Source: Candidatus Aceula meridiana
Lineage (GTDB): Bacteria; Omnitrophota; Gorgyraeia; Zapsychrales; Aceulaceae
Direction of reading: 5' to 3'
NCBI GenBank assembly: GCA_030765185.1
Contig: JAVCDE010000024.1
Span: 123,538-187,537, forward strand
Length of the DNA: 64,000 bases
Shown: one piece after another, positions 1 to 10,373 of the stretch
Numbering within the stretch: the stretch's first letter is position 1
How the letters are laid out: each line of letters starts with the position of its first letter
Notes under the pieces: model-generated
Seen by the model: only the letters and a program-made list of their open reading frames with translations
The model's database searches: none
What the model was told of the DNA's origin: nothing
Program-made: the position numbers and the translations under genes

Positions 1-49
1 CAAGTTCTTCGTAGCGCTTCTTGGCGTTTTGAAGCTTTTCGACCTTCAT
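1..49 (-). CDS. prfA: 5' end of a gene running off the left edge, probably peptide chain release factor 1 (partial)
   Basis: Minus-strand translation from the ATG at 49 gives MKVEKLQNAKKRYEEL, resembling the RF1 N-terminus. The rho-rpmE-prfA order is conserved. Confidence 0.6.
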   Translation of the reverse strand, partial: MKVEKLQNAKKRYEEL

Positions 50-64
50 ATGCACAAATGGCTG

Positions 65-268
65 TTATTTCTTTTTTGAATAACGTTTTTTGAAGCGGTC
101 AATGCGTCCTGCTGCATCCACGAACTTCTTGTCTCCGGTAAAAAATGGATGGCATTTAGAACAAATCTCAACGTGAATGTTCTTCTTCGTTGAGCGTGTG
201 TGGATAACCTCTCCGCAAGCGCATCCGATGACTGTGTCTTCATATTCTGGGTGAGTTTCTTTTTTCAT
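65..268 (-). CDS. rpmE: 50S ribosomal protein L31 (zinc-binding type)
   Basis: MKKETHPEY...CACG...[10 protein letters not shown]...[10 protein letters not shown]; GGAGG Shine-Dalgarno upstream. Confidence 0.98.
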   Translation of the reverse strand: MKKETHPEYEDTVIGCACGEVIHTRSTKKNIHVEICSKCHPFFTGDKKFVDAAGRIDRFKKRYSKKK

Positions 269-300
269 TGCTTAACCTCCAATAAAATAATTTTTTTGTG

Positions 301-1635
301 TTAGTCCGATTTATTCATATTATCGAGAAATTCTTTATTATCCTTAAATTTCCCGAGCCTGCCGATCAAAAGTTCCATGGCCTCTGCCAAATTGAGATCC
401 GTGAGCGCCTTGCGTAATAGCCAAATACGTTGCAGGTCACCTTCAGGAATAAGCAATTCTTCATGACGAGTATTGGAACGCTTGATATCAATCGCGGGAT
501 AAATTCTACGTTGAAATAGCGATCTGTCAAGCTGCAATTCCATATTGCCGGTTCCTTTAAATTCTTCAAAAATAACTTCGTCCATACGGCTTCCCGTGTC
601 CACTAAGGCTGTCGCGATAATGGTCAAACTTCCTCCTTCTTCGATGTTACGGGCTGCACCAAAGAAACGCTTTGGTTTGTGTAGTGCACTTGAATCAACA
701 CCACCGGAAAGAATCTTTCCGCTATGCGGAACAACAGTGTTGTAAGCACGTGCTAGGCGCGTAATGCTATCAAGTAAAATAATTACATCTCTTTTATGCT
801 CAACAAGGCGTTTGGCCTTTTCTAAAACAATTTCAGCAGCTTGAACATGGCGCTCGGCCGGCTCATCAAAGGTTGAGGCAATAACTTCTCCCTTAACGCT
901 ACGCTGCATATCTGTAACTTCTTCAGGACGCTCGTCGATTAAAAGAACGATCAAAATGGCATCCGGCTGATTGCTTACAATCGCGTTCGCTATCTTCTGC
1001 AGTAAAACAGTTTTACCGCTATAAGGCGGCGCTACGATTAAAGCACGCTGACCCCTTCCTATTGGTGTTAAAAGATCCATAATACGCATCGAAACTTCTT
1101 CCCTACTGCTTTCGAGTACAAACCTCTCTTGCGGATACAAAGGTGTTAAATGTTCAAAAAGAATTTTTTCTTTGCATTTTTCAGGACTCTCAAAATTAAC
1201 AGCTTCAACTTTTAAAAGAGCAAAATACTTTTCGCCCTCTTTCGGTGGACGGATTTGTCCGCTAACATTGTCGCCAGTTTTTAAATTAAACTTACGAATT
1301 TGAGACGGAGAAATATAAATATCATCCGGGCATGGAAGATAATTATAATTGGCGTTTCGTAAAAATCCAAAACCCTCTGAAAGAACTTCGAGAGTTCCAG
1401 CACCAAACATGGCCCCATCTTTTTCGGCCTGACCTTGCAAAATCTTAAGAATTAAGTCCTGTTTCTTAATGCCGCTTAAGCCTTCAATTTTCATATTTTT
1501 GGCCAGCTCTGTTAAGTCAGACATCTTTTTATCCTTAAGCTCATCAATAAAAAGCTTATCCATGTTAGGAGGAGTTGATTTTGTCATCCTCCTGTTTTCT
1601 GTGCCTATTTTTTTCTTTTCAGTAATTCGTGCCAT
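301..1635 (-). CDS. rho: Transcription termination factor Rho
   Basis: [16 protein letters not shown], Walker [32 protein letters not shown]. Confidence 0.98.
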   Translation of the reverse strand: MARITEKKKIGTENRRMTKSTPPNMDKLFIDELKDKKMSDLTELAKNMKIEGLSGIKKQDLILKILQGQAEKDGAMFGAGTLEVLSEGFGFLRNANYNYLPCPDDIYISPSQIRKFNLKTGDNVSGQIRPPKEGEKYFALLKVEAVNFESPEKCKEKILFEHLTPLYPQERFVLESSREEVSMRIMDLLTPIGRGQRALIVAPPYSGKTVLLQKIANAIVSNQPDAILIVLLIDERPEEVTDMQRSVKGEVIASTFDEPAERHVQAAEIVLEKAKRLVEHKRDVIILLDSITRLARAYNTVVPHSGKILSGGVDSSALHKPKRFFGAARNIEEGGSLTIIATALVDTGSRMDEVIFEEFKGTGNMELQLDRSLFQRRIYPAIDIKRSNTRHEELLIPEGDLQRIWLLRKALTDLNLAEAMELLIGRLGKFKDNKEFLDNMNKSD

Positions 1636-2207
1636 ATCTCCTCAACTTGTTTTTGGGTTTGAAATAAACTTTTTCTGTTATCAATAACAAAGTCAGCATA
1701 TTTTAATTTCTGATTTATCGGCATTTGAGCCTTTATGCGTCTTGCGACTTCATTTTTTGGAAGGCCGCTACGCTGCTTGAGTCTTTTAATTTGTAGAGGT
1801 TGAGTTGCTTTTACCACAACAATATAATTACAAAGCAAGTGCATCTTGGATTCAATCAAAAGCGGAACATCTAAAATAATCGCTTTTACTTTTTTTGCTC
1901 GCCGGTATTGAGTAATCTTCTTTTTGGTTTGCGCAACAACCAAAGGGTGAACAATTTCATTTAGTTTGCGCAGGGCCTTTGAATCTTTAAAAACAACATC
2001 CGCCAATTTCTTTCGGTCGATGCGTCCACAAACTAAAATATCTTCGCCGAACAATTTCACAATTGACTTAAAACATGACGCATCCGGCTGTATGAGCTTA
2101 TGCGCAAGCTTGTCAGTGTCGACGACAAGCGCTCCTTTGGCTTTAAATAAGCTCGCAACCGATGTTTTTCCAGAACCAAAACTTCCTGTGATTCCTATGA
2201 CAAACAT
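1605..2207 (-). CDS. coaE: Dephospho-CoA kinase
   Basis: [13 protein letters not shown]-loop, IDRKKLA..VF, LNEIVHP, DVPLLIE, AQMP. Confidence 0.95.
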   Translation of the reverse strand: MFVIGITGSFGSGKTSVASLFKAKGALVVDTDKLAHKLIQPDASCFKSIVKLFGEDILVCGRIDRKKLADVVFKDSKALRKLNEIVHPLVVAQTKKKITQYRRAKKVKAIILDVPLLIESKMHLLCNYIVVVKATQPLQIKRLKQRSGLPKNEVARRIKAQMPINQKLKYADFVIDNRKSLFQTQKQVEEIWHELLKRKK

Positions 2208-3601
2208 TTTTTATATAAATTTTTGTATTCCTTGGCAGATGTCACCCAAGAAAAATCATAATGCATTATATGAAAAATAAGCTGCGAGAAAACTTTTGGG
2301 TCTTGATAAGTCTTAATCGCCTTCTTAAAGGCTTTTAAGAATGCTTCTTTTTGATAACTATTAAAAACAAACCCATCGCCTTGGTGTCGTTTTAAGTCAA
2401 AAGGCATCACTGTATCGCAAAGCCCTCCGGTCTTAGATGCCAGCGGAACCGTGCCATAGCGAAAAGCGATCATCTGGCTTAAGCCGCACGGCTCGTATAC
2501 AGATGGAATTAGAAAGAAATCGCTTCCCGCGTAGATCTGATGTGCTAATTTCTCATCAAATTTAATATGAATCGAAATCTTACCAGGATATTTGATTTGC
2601 ATTTCTTTCAAAAGATCTTGGTACTTGGCTTCTCCTGCTCCCTGGAAAATAATCTGTACGTCAAGCTGCGCCATCTCTTCGATAGCCTCCGCAAGAAGGT
2701 CCAACCCTTTTTGATACGATAATCTGCCAACAAAACCAAAAATAGGAATTTTTGGATCCTGGGGTAACCCACTCAGGCATTGAAGCTCCTGCTTGTTGAT
2801 CATTTTTCCGTCCATTTTATCCGGCCAATATTTAGAAACAATCAAATCATCTTCTTTTGGGTTCCACATCTTCACATCAATACCATTTATAATGCCAATA
2901 ACGGAATCGTGTCTGTCCCAAATAACTCCTTCTAAGCCACAGCCTAACTCTTTTGTACAAATTTCCTCAGCATATGTTGGGCTCACGGTTGTAACGGCAT
3001 CGCTAAAAATAATCCCTGCCTTTAGAAAATTAAGCTTATTGTAATACTCTAGCCCCTCCGGACGGTTAAGTTCAGCTGGCAAGCCTAACTGCAAAAACTT
3101 TTCCCTTTCAAACACGCCTTGATAAGCTAAATTGTGTATTGTTAAAATGGTTTTTGTATTTCGATAAAAAGGATCCGTACGATAAATTGATTTTAAATAA
3201 ACAGGGATCAAAGCTGCTTGCCAATCATGACAATGAATAATATCAGGCTGCAGCTGAATCTCCTGCAAAAGTTTTAGAACTCGCCTATTGTAAAATGAAA
3301 AACGCTCTAGGTTATCTAAATAATCGCCTTTTGCATCGCCATAAAGATATTCTCTGTTAAACAACTCATCATTTTTAATAAAATAAAAATCAACACCTTC
3401 AAAATTCGCAAAGAAAATATCTTGCGCTAGCTTTTTGATACCAAACATCTTTGGGTCAATGCATGCGTAAAAAGGCATTACCACAGAAACATCAACGCCC
3501 TCTTGTCTTAGAATAACTGGCAAGGCCCCACAGACATCGGCCAAGCCTCCGGTTTTTGCATAAGGCATAGCTTCTGATGAACAAAAAACAACTTTCATCA
3601 T
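2195..3601 (-). CDS. glgA: Glycogen synthase (GT5)
   Basis: KTGGLADV, HCHDWQ, TIHNLAYQG, PSVYEPCGLSQ, TGGLCDTV. Confidence 0.95.
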   Translation of the reverse strand: MMKVVFCSSEAMPYAKTGGLADVCGALPVILRQEGVDVSVVMPFYACIDPKMFGIKKLAQDIFFANFEGVDFYFIKNDELFNREYLYGDAKGDYLDNLERFSFYNRRVLKLLQEIQLQPDIIHCHDWQAALIPVYLKSIYRTDPFYRNTKTILTIHNLAYQGVFEREKFLQLGLPAELNRPEGLEYYNKLNFLKAGIIFSDAVTTVSPTYAEEICTKELGCGLEGVIWDRHDSVIGIINGIDVKMWNPKEDDLIVSKYWPDKMDGKMINKQELQCLSGLPQDPKIPIFGFVGRLSYQKGLDLLAEAIEEMAQLDVQIIFQGAGEAKYQDLLKEMQIKYPGKISIHIKFDEKLAHQIYAGSDFFLIPSVYEPCGLSQMIAFRYGTVPLASKTGGLCDTVMPFDLKRHQGDGFVFNSYQKEAFLKAFKKAIKTYQDPKVFSQLIFHIMHYDFSWVTSAKEYKNLYKKCLS

Positions 3602-6180
3602 GACACCTCGCTTAAGTCAAGCCAATTTTGTCCAGCTTTAACACTGACTTTAATCGGAACAGAAAGCTTTAATGGCCCTTCCATCTCTTTTTTAATAAGG
3701 ACCATCATGCGTTCCTTTTCACTCTTTAAAACATCAAAAACAAGTTCATCATGAACAGTAATCGTCATGCGGGATTTCAAGTCCTCAATATCAATCTTTT
3801 CTTGAACCTGAATCATCGCTAATTTGATCAAATCAGCGGCCGATCCCTGAACTGGAGTATTAATGGCCTGACGCTGAGCAAATTGGCGAATCGACATGTT
3901 ATCACTATGAATCTCGGGAATATAGCGGCGACGATTTAAAAGAGTTATGACAAATCCGTCTTTTTCCGCTTTTTTAATTTCTTTCTGCATATATTCTGAA
4001 ACTTTAGGGTAGCGTAAGAAATATTTATCAATAAACTCTTGGGCTTCACTCTGAGGCACCCCTAAATCTTTCGCAAGGCCAAATGCACTCATTCCATAGA
4101 CAATACCAAAATTAACCCTTTTAGCCGCAACACGCATTTCGCGCGTGACCTTATCGCTTTTAACATCGAAAATAAGTCCAGCGGTAAATTGATGGATATC
4201 CTCATCGTTTTTGAAAGCCTTAATCAAATTCTTATCTTGCGAAAGATGCGCTAAAATTCGAAGTTCAATTTGCGAATAGTCTGCCGAAACAATGATATGA
4301 TTTTTATCACTCGGAATAAAAGCCTTACGAATCTGACGACCGAGATCTGTACGAATAGGAATATTTTGCAAATTCGGATTCCTTGAGCTCAAGCGCCCTG
4401 TCTCTGTGCCTGCTTGGTCAAAGTTGGCATGAATCCTTTTCGTTTTGGCATCTAAAAGTTTCGGTAACGCGTCAATATAGGTTGTGGTCAATTTTGTTAA
4501 CTGGCGATAATCTAAAAGCAATGCAGGCAACTTATGCTTAGGTGCAAGCTTGTGCAAGACGCTCTCGTTTGTTGAAAAACCTGTTTTTGTTTTTTTGACA
4601 ACCGGTAATTTTAATTTCTCAAAAAGAATATGGCTTAACTGTTTTGGTGAATTTAAATTAAATTCCTCACCAGCCATCTTATAAATCTTCTTAGATAAAA
4701 TTGTGATCTCTTTATTGGCCTCAGTAGATAGCTTCTTTAAAAACTTTATATCAAGACAAACACCTTCTTGCTCCATACGATAAAGAACATATGAGAGTGG
4801 AATCTCAATCTCTTCAAAAAGCTTTAGAAGCGTCTTTTCTTCAAGTTCCTTTTTAAAAATCTTAAAAAGCCCAACCATCGCAGATACCTTTTGGTCAAAC
4901 CCGGCTTCTTTTGAAAACGACCGGTTTAAATATTTAAAACTAAGAATGCCTAAATCTTTAACAGATTGCGAGGCTTCTAATAAATAACCGGCAAGCATGA
5001 CATCGAAAACTTTCCCCGCTACCAGAATATCTCTCTCATTCAAAATTTTAAAAAGGGCTTTGCTGCCGTGACAAATTTTTGTGATTGCAATGCTCTCAAA
5101 AACGCTTTTGATATTTTTAATCCAGCTAGGCGGTACAACAAAGATATGTTTCTCATCTAAGGCAACGACAAGGTCTTGTGAGGCAGCTAAATCATCTTCT
5201 AGCGAACTCTCAAAGGCCAGGGCAAAATATTTCTTCTTCTCAATAGCTGCAACAAGGTCCTCAGCGTCTTTTTTAGTTTCAATAGATGTCTTTTGCAACT
5301 TTAAAGAAACCTCTTGCGCTGCTGTAGGAACGCCCAAGCCTTCAGCAAGGCGACGAAATTCCATCCGCGAAAAAAATTGACGCAACTTTTCGGTATCTGG
5401 CTCTGTGACCTTTAGGTCTTTAAGGCTAAAATCAATAGGAACCTTCATATCAAGCAAAGCTAAATCTTTGCTCATCAGCGCCTGATCTTTTTGATTGCTT
5501 AATTTCTCACTAAGCTTCTGAGATTTTATCTTATCAACATTCTTTAAAATCTGCTCTAGACTACCGTATTCCTGAATCAAATTTGTGGCTGTGACTTTAC
5601 CAACACCATCAACGCCTGGAATATTGTCGGTCTTATCCCCTGCCAAACCGATAAAATCTACAATGTGCTTAGGCTCAAAACCATAGCGGTCCTTGACTCC
5701 TTTGGCATCAACAATTTCTTCTCTTCGATAATCAAACATCTTAATATTTCCCTCAATAAGCTGCAGCATGTCTTTATCACCACTGACAATAATGACCTCA
5801 GCGTCTTTAGGGCTTATCCCTTTAGAGATCGTGGCAATAACATCGTCAGCCTCAAAACCCTCAAGTTCAAAAACAGGAATGTTATAAGCTAAAATAAGTT
5901 CTTTAATCAAAGGAATTTGGCTAATAAGATCATCAGGCATCGACGGCCTATGAACTTTATATTCAGCAAATTTTTCTTGGCGGTGTGTTTTTTTACCGAC
6001 ATCAAAACAGGCAGCCATATAATCGGGCTTAAAATCTTTTAAAATTTTTTTTAATGTATTGATAAACCCAAAAACAGCATTCGTCGGCTGTCCATAGCTT
6101 GTCCGCAAGTTTTGAATAGCAAAAAATGCCCGATAACACAACGCATGCGCATCGATTAAAAATAATTTGGGTTTGGCCAT
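3598..6180 (-). CDS. polA: DNA polymerase I (3'-5' exonuclease domain degenerate)
   Basis: 5' nuclease LIDAHAL.YRAFF and EADDVI; TGRLSS.NPNLQNIP, ADYSQIELR, AKRVNFGIVYG, VHDELVF. Confidence 0.98.
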   Translation of the reverse strand: MAKPKLFLIDAHALCYRAFFAIQNLRTSYGQPTNAVFGFINTLKKILKDFKPDYMAACFDVGKKTHRQEKFAEYKVHRPSMPDDLISQIPLIKELILAYNIPVFELEGFEADDVIATISKGISPKDAEVIIVSGDKDMLQLIEGNIKMFDYRREEIVDAKGVKDRYGFEPKHIVDFIGLAGDKTDNIPGVDGVGKVTATNLIQEYGSLEQILKNVDKIKSQKLSEKLSNQKDQALMSKDLALLDMKVPIDFSLKDLKVTEPDTEKLRQFFSRMEFRRLAEGLGVPTAAQEVSLKLQKTSIETKKDAEDLVAAIEKKKYFALAFESSLEDDLAASQDLVVALDEKHIFVVPPSWIKNIKSVFESIAITKICHGSKALFKILNERDILVAGKVFDVMLAGYLLEASQSVKDLGILSFKYLNRSFSKEAGFDQKVSAMVGLFKIFKKELEEKTLLKLFEEIEIPLSYVLYRMEQEGVCLDIKFLKKLSTEANKEITILSKKIYKMAGEEFNLNSPKQLSHILFEKLKLPVVKKTKTGFSTNESVLHKLAPKHKLPALLLDYRQLTKLTTTYIDALPKLLDAKTKRIHANFDQAGTETGRLSSRNPNLQNIPIRTDLGRQIRKAFIPSDKNHIIVSADYSQIELRILAHLSQDKNLIKAFKNDEDIHQFTAGLIFDVKSDKVTREMRVAAKRVNFGIVYGMSAFGLAKDLGVPQSEAQEFIDKYFLRYPKVSEYMQKEIKKAEKDGFVITLLNRRRYIPEIHSDNMSIRQFAQRQAINTPVQGSAADLIKLAMIQVQEKIDIEDLKSRMTITVHDELVFDVLKSEKERMMVLIKKEMEGPLKLSVPIKVSVKAGQNWLDLSEVS

Positions 6181-6216
6181 CTTTAAAAACTACCTTACTA
6201 TAATTTAACCTTTGAT

Positions 6217-7068
6217 TTATTCGTCTGGGATAATGGCAAGTATTTTTCGAATTTCTTCCTTTGAGGATTCTGTGTCGCCTGACTCTAACTTTTCAAGGGC
6301 TGAACTTACATGCTCTTGAATTTCTTTCTTTTGCATCTGCAGCAAAACATTATGCCGTAATTCTAAAATGCTAATATCCTGCGGGTCTAAAGACAACGCT
6401 TCATCGTATTCAATGAGGGCTCTTCCGTATTGCTTCATCTCTTTATACCGGCGTGCCCTTTCCATATACCTCTTTTCTTCAGTTAATTTTAAAACAATGG
6501 CCTTTTTTTCTTCAACCAAAAGTTGATCATTGACCTTTGTCATTTCCTGGGCCAATCTTTGAGCTTCAAAGTCTGAAAGCCATTTTTTTACACTCGGAGA
6601 AATTTCACTTAGCTCTTTAAGCTCTACGGCTGCTTCGGCAACCCAAGGATCTCTTGTTTTTCCAAGCTCCATGCGCCTTTTAAAAAACTTAATCGCCTTA
6701 GCAAACTTACCTTGTTTTTTGTAAAAATAGGCAAGATTAGAATATACAGGTAAAAAACTTCCATCAATTCTTAAGGCCATTAAATAATGACGCTCAGCCT
6801 CGTAAACATTGCCCATCTGCTCATAGGCAATACCGATATCGTTATAAATTTCGGGGTCAGCAGGCGAAATGGCTAAGGCTTCACCATAATAATGCAAAGC
6901 CTGCTCGAAAAACCCTTGACGCTGAGCACTGAGGCCTTTCCTGCGGTATTCTCCGGCACCTTCTGCGAATGATAATAATTCAGCAGAAACATTCGTTTGA
7001 GAAGAAAAAAGAAATAAAAACAAGAAAAGGACAATTAAAATGAAGCGCCTTGGAGGTAATATCTTCAT
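6217..7068 (-). CDS. Exported tetratricopeptide-repeat protein
   Basis: Basic plus hydrophobic N-terminus ending NVSA (signal peptide-like); TPR patterns (ALAISP..PEIYNDIGIAY, VYSNLAYFY, ALSLDP). Start placed at the ATG at 7068; the ORF track starts at 7104. Confidence 0.8.
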   Translation of the reverse strand: MKILPPRRFILIVLFLFLFLFSSQTNVSAELLSFAEGAGEYRRKGLSAQRQGFFEQALHYYGEALAISPADPEIYNDIGIAYEQMGNVYEAERHYLMALRIDGSFLPVYSNLAYFYKKQGKFAKAIKFFKRRMELGKTRDPWVAEAAVELKELSEISPSVKKWLSDFEAQRLAQEMTKVNDQLLVEEKKAIVLKLTEEKRYMERARRYKEMKQYGRALIEYDEALSLDPQDISILELRHNVLLQMQKKEIQEHVSSALEKLESGDTESSKEEIRKILAIIPDE

Positions 7069-7110
7069 AATAGAATAATAGATTCGATACATTTTGACAA
7101 GCAAATTTTT

Positions 7111-8454
7111 CTAGGTATTTGCAGCCTCTGGGTTGATGCCTGGATGTGACGGATTACCCTCTTGCGATTGCTTGGAGTCGCCTGTTAAACTCTCAGAAGA
7201 TGGACAAAAAGCTTGGCTCTCGAAAGACTCCCGAGATTGTTCTTGCGAAACATGCTCAACGTTTGAATTTTGCGAACCTTCTAAAATATGATTTGATAAG
7301 CTTCTAATATCAATTCTTTCTTCAATGTATCTCTTGAATTCATCTTGCTGCTGGACACAATTGATAAGTGCCGCGCCGACAACAAGATTGTCTTTGACAA
7401 AAACTTTCTTATAGGTCTTTGTGCTGGCATCGCTCTTTAAATATTCGATGCATCCGCCCTGCTGTTTTGTTTGTCCGGCTAAAAACAATGCCGCATCAAA
7501 AACTTTTAAGGAGACCTCTCGTAATGGCCTCTTAAAATCTCTGACTTGGCCTATAGCTGCAGCGCCAACGACGCGCCCATGCTCATTGCTGTTTAAGAGA
7601 ATATCCTCAAAATCGTCGCCTTTTTCCGCAGAATCACTCTCTTTCAATTCTTCAAAAAGAAACATCTCCCCTATCTTCGTATGCGTTGGAGCAGATTCAA
7701 TAGGCATGTCTTCCTGTTTCTCAAAAAGTGTTAAGTCTCGATAAGCGCCTGCCAAGACAACAATTTGACTCTCCAAAACTTTTCCATTTTTCAAGCGAAT
7801 CGCTTTTACCTCTGCGTCTCCTAAAACTTCAACAATACTGCTATTCATGACAAGACGGATACCTTTTTCTTCAAGAAATTCTGAGAGCGCCTGTGCCGTA
7901 TGTCTGTCTAAACTTTTCGGTAATAAATAATTCGTCGAGCTTACTAGAATAACTTCTTTGTTTGCTGCCTGTAGAGCACACGCGGCTTTAACAAGGCTAA
8001 GGCTGTCGGCCTCAACAGCAATAACATCGACTAAAGAAAAACTTTCAACAAAATCCTTAACATCAGCAAAAGTTTTAAGATGAAAGACACCTTTTTTCTG
8101 TGTCCCTTTTATATCAGCAAAACGAATAGTTCCTTTATCCTCCAGAATAAGCACATCAAAAGGAATCTGTTCTTTTTCTGCCGTAACGACACGCTTACGC
8201 TTTGTATAAACTTTTATAATTTTCTTATCGAGAACAAGATTCACATTTTCTTGCGTATAAAAATCAAATGGCTTGTAAGAAAGTTCATCTTCGCTAATTT
8301 CCTTTTCTAAAAAAGCATTCAGGCGACTCGCATCATAAGGCAGAATACCTTCTGGACAAAAAAGAGTAATTTCGCTTTCTCTATCGTGAAATCGAATTTC
8401 TTCAATAGCTTCAACAACAAGCTGCGTATTTCCTATTAAAACAATTTTTCCCAT
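7111..8454 (-). CDS. NirB/rubredoxin-reductase-like FAD/NAD(P) oxidoreductase homolog with degenerate cofactor motifs
   Basis: Colinear with the pyridine nucleotide-disulfide oxidoreductase fold (KIVLIGN, GVFHLKT, YKKVFVKDNLVVGAAL), but the GxGxxG, ATG and GD motifs are missing. Confidence 0.75.
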   Translation of the reverse strand: MGKIVLIGNTQLVVEAIEEIRFHDRESEITLFCPEGILPYDASRLNAFLEKEISEDELSYKPFDFYTQENVNLVLDKKIIKVYTKRKRVVTAEKEQIPFDVLILEDKGTIRFADIKGTQKKGVFHLKTFADVKDFVESFSLVDVIAVEADSLSLVKAACALQAANKEVILVSSTNYLLPKSLDRHTAQALSEFLEEKGIRLVMNSSIVEVLGDAEVKAIRLKNGKVLESQIVVLAGAYRDLTLFEKQEDMPIESAPTHTKIGEMFLFEELKESDSAEKGDDFEDILLNSNEHGRVVGAAAIGQVRDFKRPLREVSLKVFDAALFLAGQTKQQGGCIEYLKSDASTKTYKKVFVKDNLVVGAALINCVQQQDEFKRYIEERIDIRSLSNHILEGSQNSNVEHVSQEQSRESFESQAFCPSSESLTGDSKQSQEGNPSHPGINPEAANT

Positions 8455-8459
8455 AGCGA

Positions 8460-9329
8460 TTAACCCTTTTTATTCTGAAGCCGAAAGGCTTCAATTGCAT
8501 TTTTCATCAGCATCACAACCGTAACCGGCCCCACGCCCCCCGGGACAGGTGTAATAAACGATGCCCTTTGTTTTGCGGCTTCGAACTCAACGTCGCCGAC
8601 AATCTTATCTCCGTCTCTGTTGATACCAATATCAATAACAACCGCGCCTTTTTTTATCCATTCTCCTTTGATCAATCCAGCTTTACCAACAGCGACAATA
8701 AGAACATCTGCGCGGCCTACATGCTCTACAAGTTTACCGGCCTCGCTTGTTCCGATATGACAAATCGTCACAGTGGCAAGCTCCGCGAGTAAAAGCAAAC
8801 TTAAAGGCTTTCCAACAATTTCACTGTGACCAACAATAACAACTTCTTTCCCGGGTAAATCTATGCCTGTTGATTTAATGTGTTCGATAGCAGCAGCCGG
8901 TGTGCAAGGGATAATCTTAGTTTGCCCTAAAAGCATTTTCCCGACATTAACGATGTTGACACCTTCTAAATCTTTAGAGACATCAATATGATTTGCAATA
9001 ATAGGATAATCAATATGACCAGGAACAGGCTTGTGAACAAGAATCCCGTTTACATTTTTATCTTCGTTTAAACTCTTGATATGAGCGATAATTTCTTCAG
9101 CAGAAATATCCTTATCCAGAATATCCTGTCGATAATTAATGCCTATTTGCTCTGCAGCCTTTTTTTGCGAATTGGCATAAGCACAAGCTGCATGATTGTT
9201 GCCAATCATAACATTAACTATTAAGGGCAAGCAACCGGTTTCATTATGAATAAAACCAACTTCATCTTGAAGGCGCTTTTTGATTTCTTCAGCAAGTAAT
9301 TTTCCATCTAGGACTTGAACACTCATCAA
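8460..9329 (-). CDS. folD: Bifunctional methylene-THF dehydrogenase/cyclohydrolase
   Basis: PCTP, VG.SEIVGKPL, VIDIGIN, GDVEF, ITPVPGGVGPVTV. Confidence 0.96.
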   Translation of the reverse strand: MMSVQVLDGKLLAEEIKKRLQDEVGFIHNETGCLPLIVNVMIGNNHAACAYANSQKKAAEQIGINYRQDILDKDISAEEIIAHIKSLNEDKNVNGILVHKPVPGHIDYPIIANHIDVSKDLEGVNIVNVGKMLLGQTKIIPCTPAAAIEHIKSTGIDLPGKEVVIVGHSEIVGKPLSLLLLAELATVTICHIGTSEAGKLVEHVGRADVLIVAVGKAGLIKGEWIKKGAVVIDIGINRDGDKIVGDVEFEAAKQRASFITPVPGGVGPVTVVMLMKNAIEAFRLQNKKG

Positions 9330-9338
9330 TTTTTACCT

Positions 9339-9827
9339 CTATGTTTGGTTGACCTCAACGTTAGCTACGGCCGACTGAAAAGCAGCTAAAAGCATCTCCA
9401 CGGCACACTTGACATCACTTAAAAGATGTAGATTGCCTTCTTTAGCTAAAAACGGTGTTAATCCAATTGCGGCATACGAAAGACGGCAAACCTCCAAGGG
9501 AGCAGCCTGTGCTTTTTTTAAGGCTGCTTTTTTCTTAGCCACTGGGCCTTTGCGTGTTTTAACAACCTCAAGATAAGCCTTGGCATCCAAATCAACAAGG
9601 TCCAGTAAACGCAAACGCATTTTATCACTTTTTTTAATTAACGACTTTAATTTTGCCTGAGCTTTGGAGGATTGATTCTTTTTAAGCGAATAACGCGCTG
9701 CCATCGAAATCAAACTAACACCTGTGGCCGCTACGAGTGCGGCGGCAGAACCACCTCCAGGAGCAGGATTTTTTGAGGCGAGATTCTTTAGATACTGGGC
9801 TAATGATTGATTTTTGAACTTTTTCAT
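9339..9827 (-). CDS. Formiminotransferase-cyclodeaminase C-terminal / methenyl-THF cyclohydrolase family protein
   Basis: LAS..PAPGGGSAAA, D.DA.AY, GN..L.SD, NV.VN; adjacent to folD. Confidence 0.9.
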   Translation of the reverse strand: MKKFKNQSLAQYLKNLASKNPAPGGGSAAALVAATGVSLISMAARYSLKKNQSSKAQAKLKSLIKKSDKMRLRLLDLVDLDAKAYLEVVKTRKGPVAKKKAALKKAQAAPLEVCRLSYAAIGLTPFLAKEGNLHLLSDVKCAVEMLLAAFQSAVANVEVNQT

Positions 9828-9917
9828 CCAGTTTTCAAGTTTTTAGTGATTTTTTATTTTTTGTGTAGGATTAGAAGATTAAAGACAGATAATACTATTT
9901 CTTGCTGACGCGAGATT

Positions 9918-9946
9918 ATCTTATCTTAAAAACGCACTTTTGGCAA
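9918..9946 (-). promoter_or_regulatory. Putative sigma70 promoter for the cyclodeaminase-folD unit
   Basis: Minus-strand TTGCCA-N17-TAAGAT in an AT-rich intergenic region. Confidence 0.45.
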
Positions 9947-9988
9947 ATATCTTCTTTGTTTTATTATAAGTATTATATTTATTAATAT

Positions 9989-10372
9989 TTAATAAGCGTA
10001 TGGACTAGACAACTCAAATGCATCTTTAAGAATTTCAATTTTTAATTCACTCTGCGGGCGTTTTTCGATAGCAACGACATCAAAACGCGCTAAGCTATCC
10101 AGAAAATGATTGAGCTTTAAATAACTTAAAGCCACCTGCGAAATTTTACGCTGTTTGCGCAAAGAAATGGCCTCAAATCCACTTCCCTGTCTATTTCCAG
10201 AACGCATCTTGACCTCGACAAAACAGATGGTCTTCCCCTCTTTTGCGATAATGTCAATTTCCCCTAAGCGGTTACGGTAATTTCGCTCAAGAATCCGATA
10301 GCCCTGATTGACTAGAAATTCTTCAGCCGCTTTTTCCCCGGCTTTTCCTTTTTGGATTCTTTCTTGGGTCAT
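9989..10372 (-). CDS. yraN: YraN family (UPF0102) endonuclease-like protein
   Basis: G..GE..A, GY.ILERNYR...GEIDIIA, FVEVK.R, RFDVV. Confidence 0.93.
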   Translation of the reverse strand: MTQERIQKGKAGEKAAEEFLVNQGYRILERNYRNRLGEIDIIAKEGKTICFVEVKMRSGNRQGSGFEAISLRKQRKISQVALSYLKLNHFLDSLARFDVVAIEKRPQSELKIEILKDAFELSSPYAY

Positions 10373-10373
10373 G

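Noticed and set aside
4850-5300. Degenerate 3'-5' exonuclease domain of PolA
   Set aside because: Loss of proofreading motifs in Pol I is common in many bacterial phyla and is not novel.
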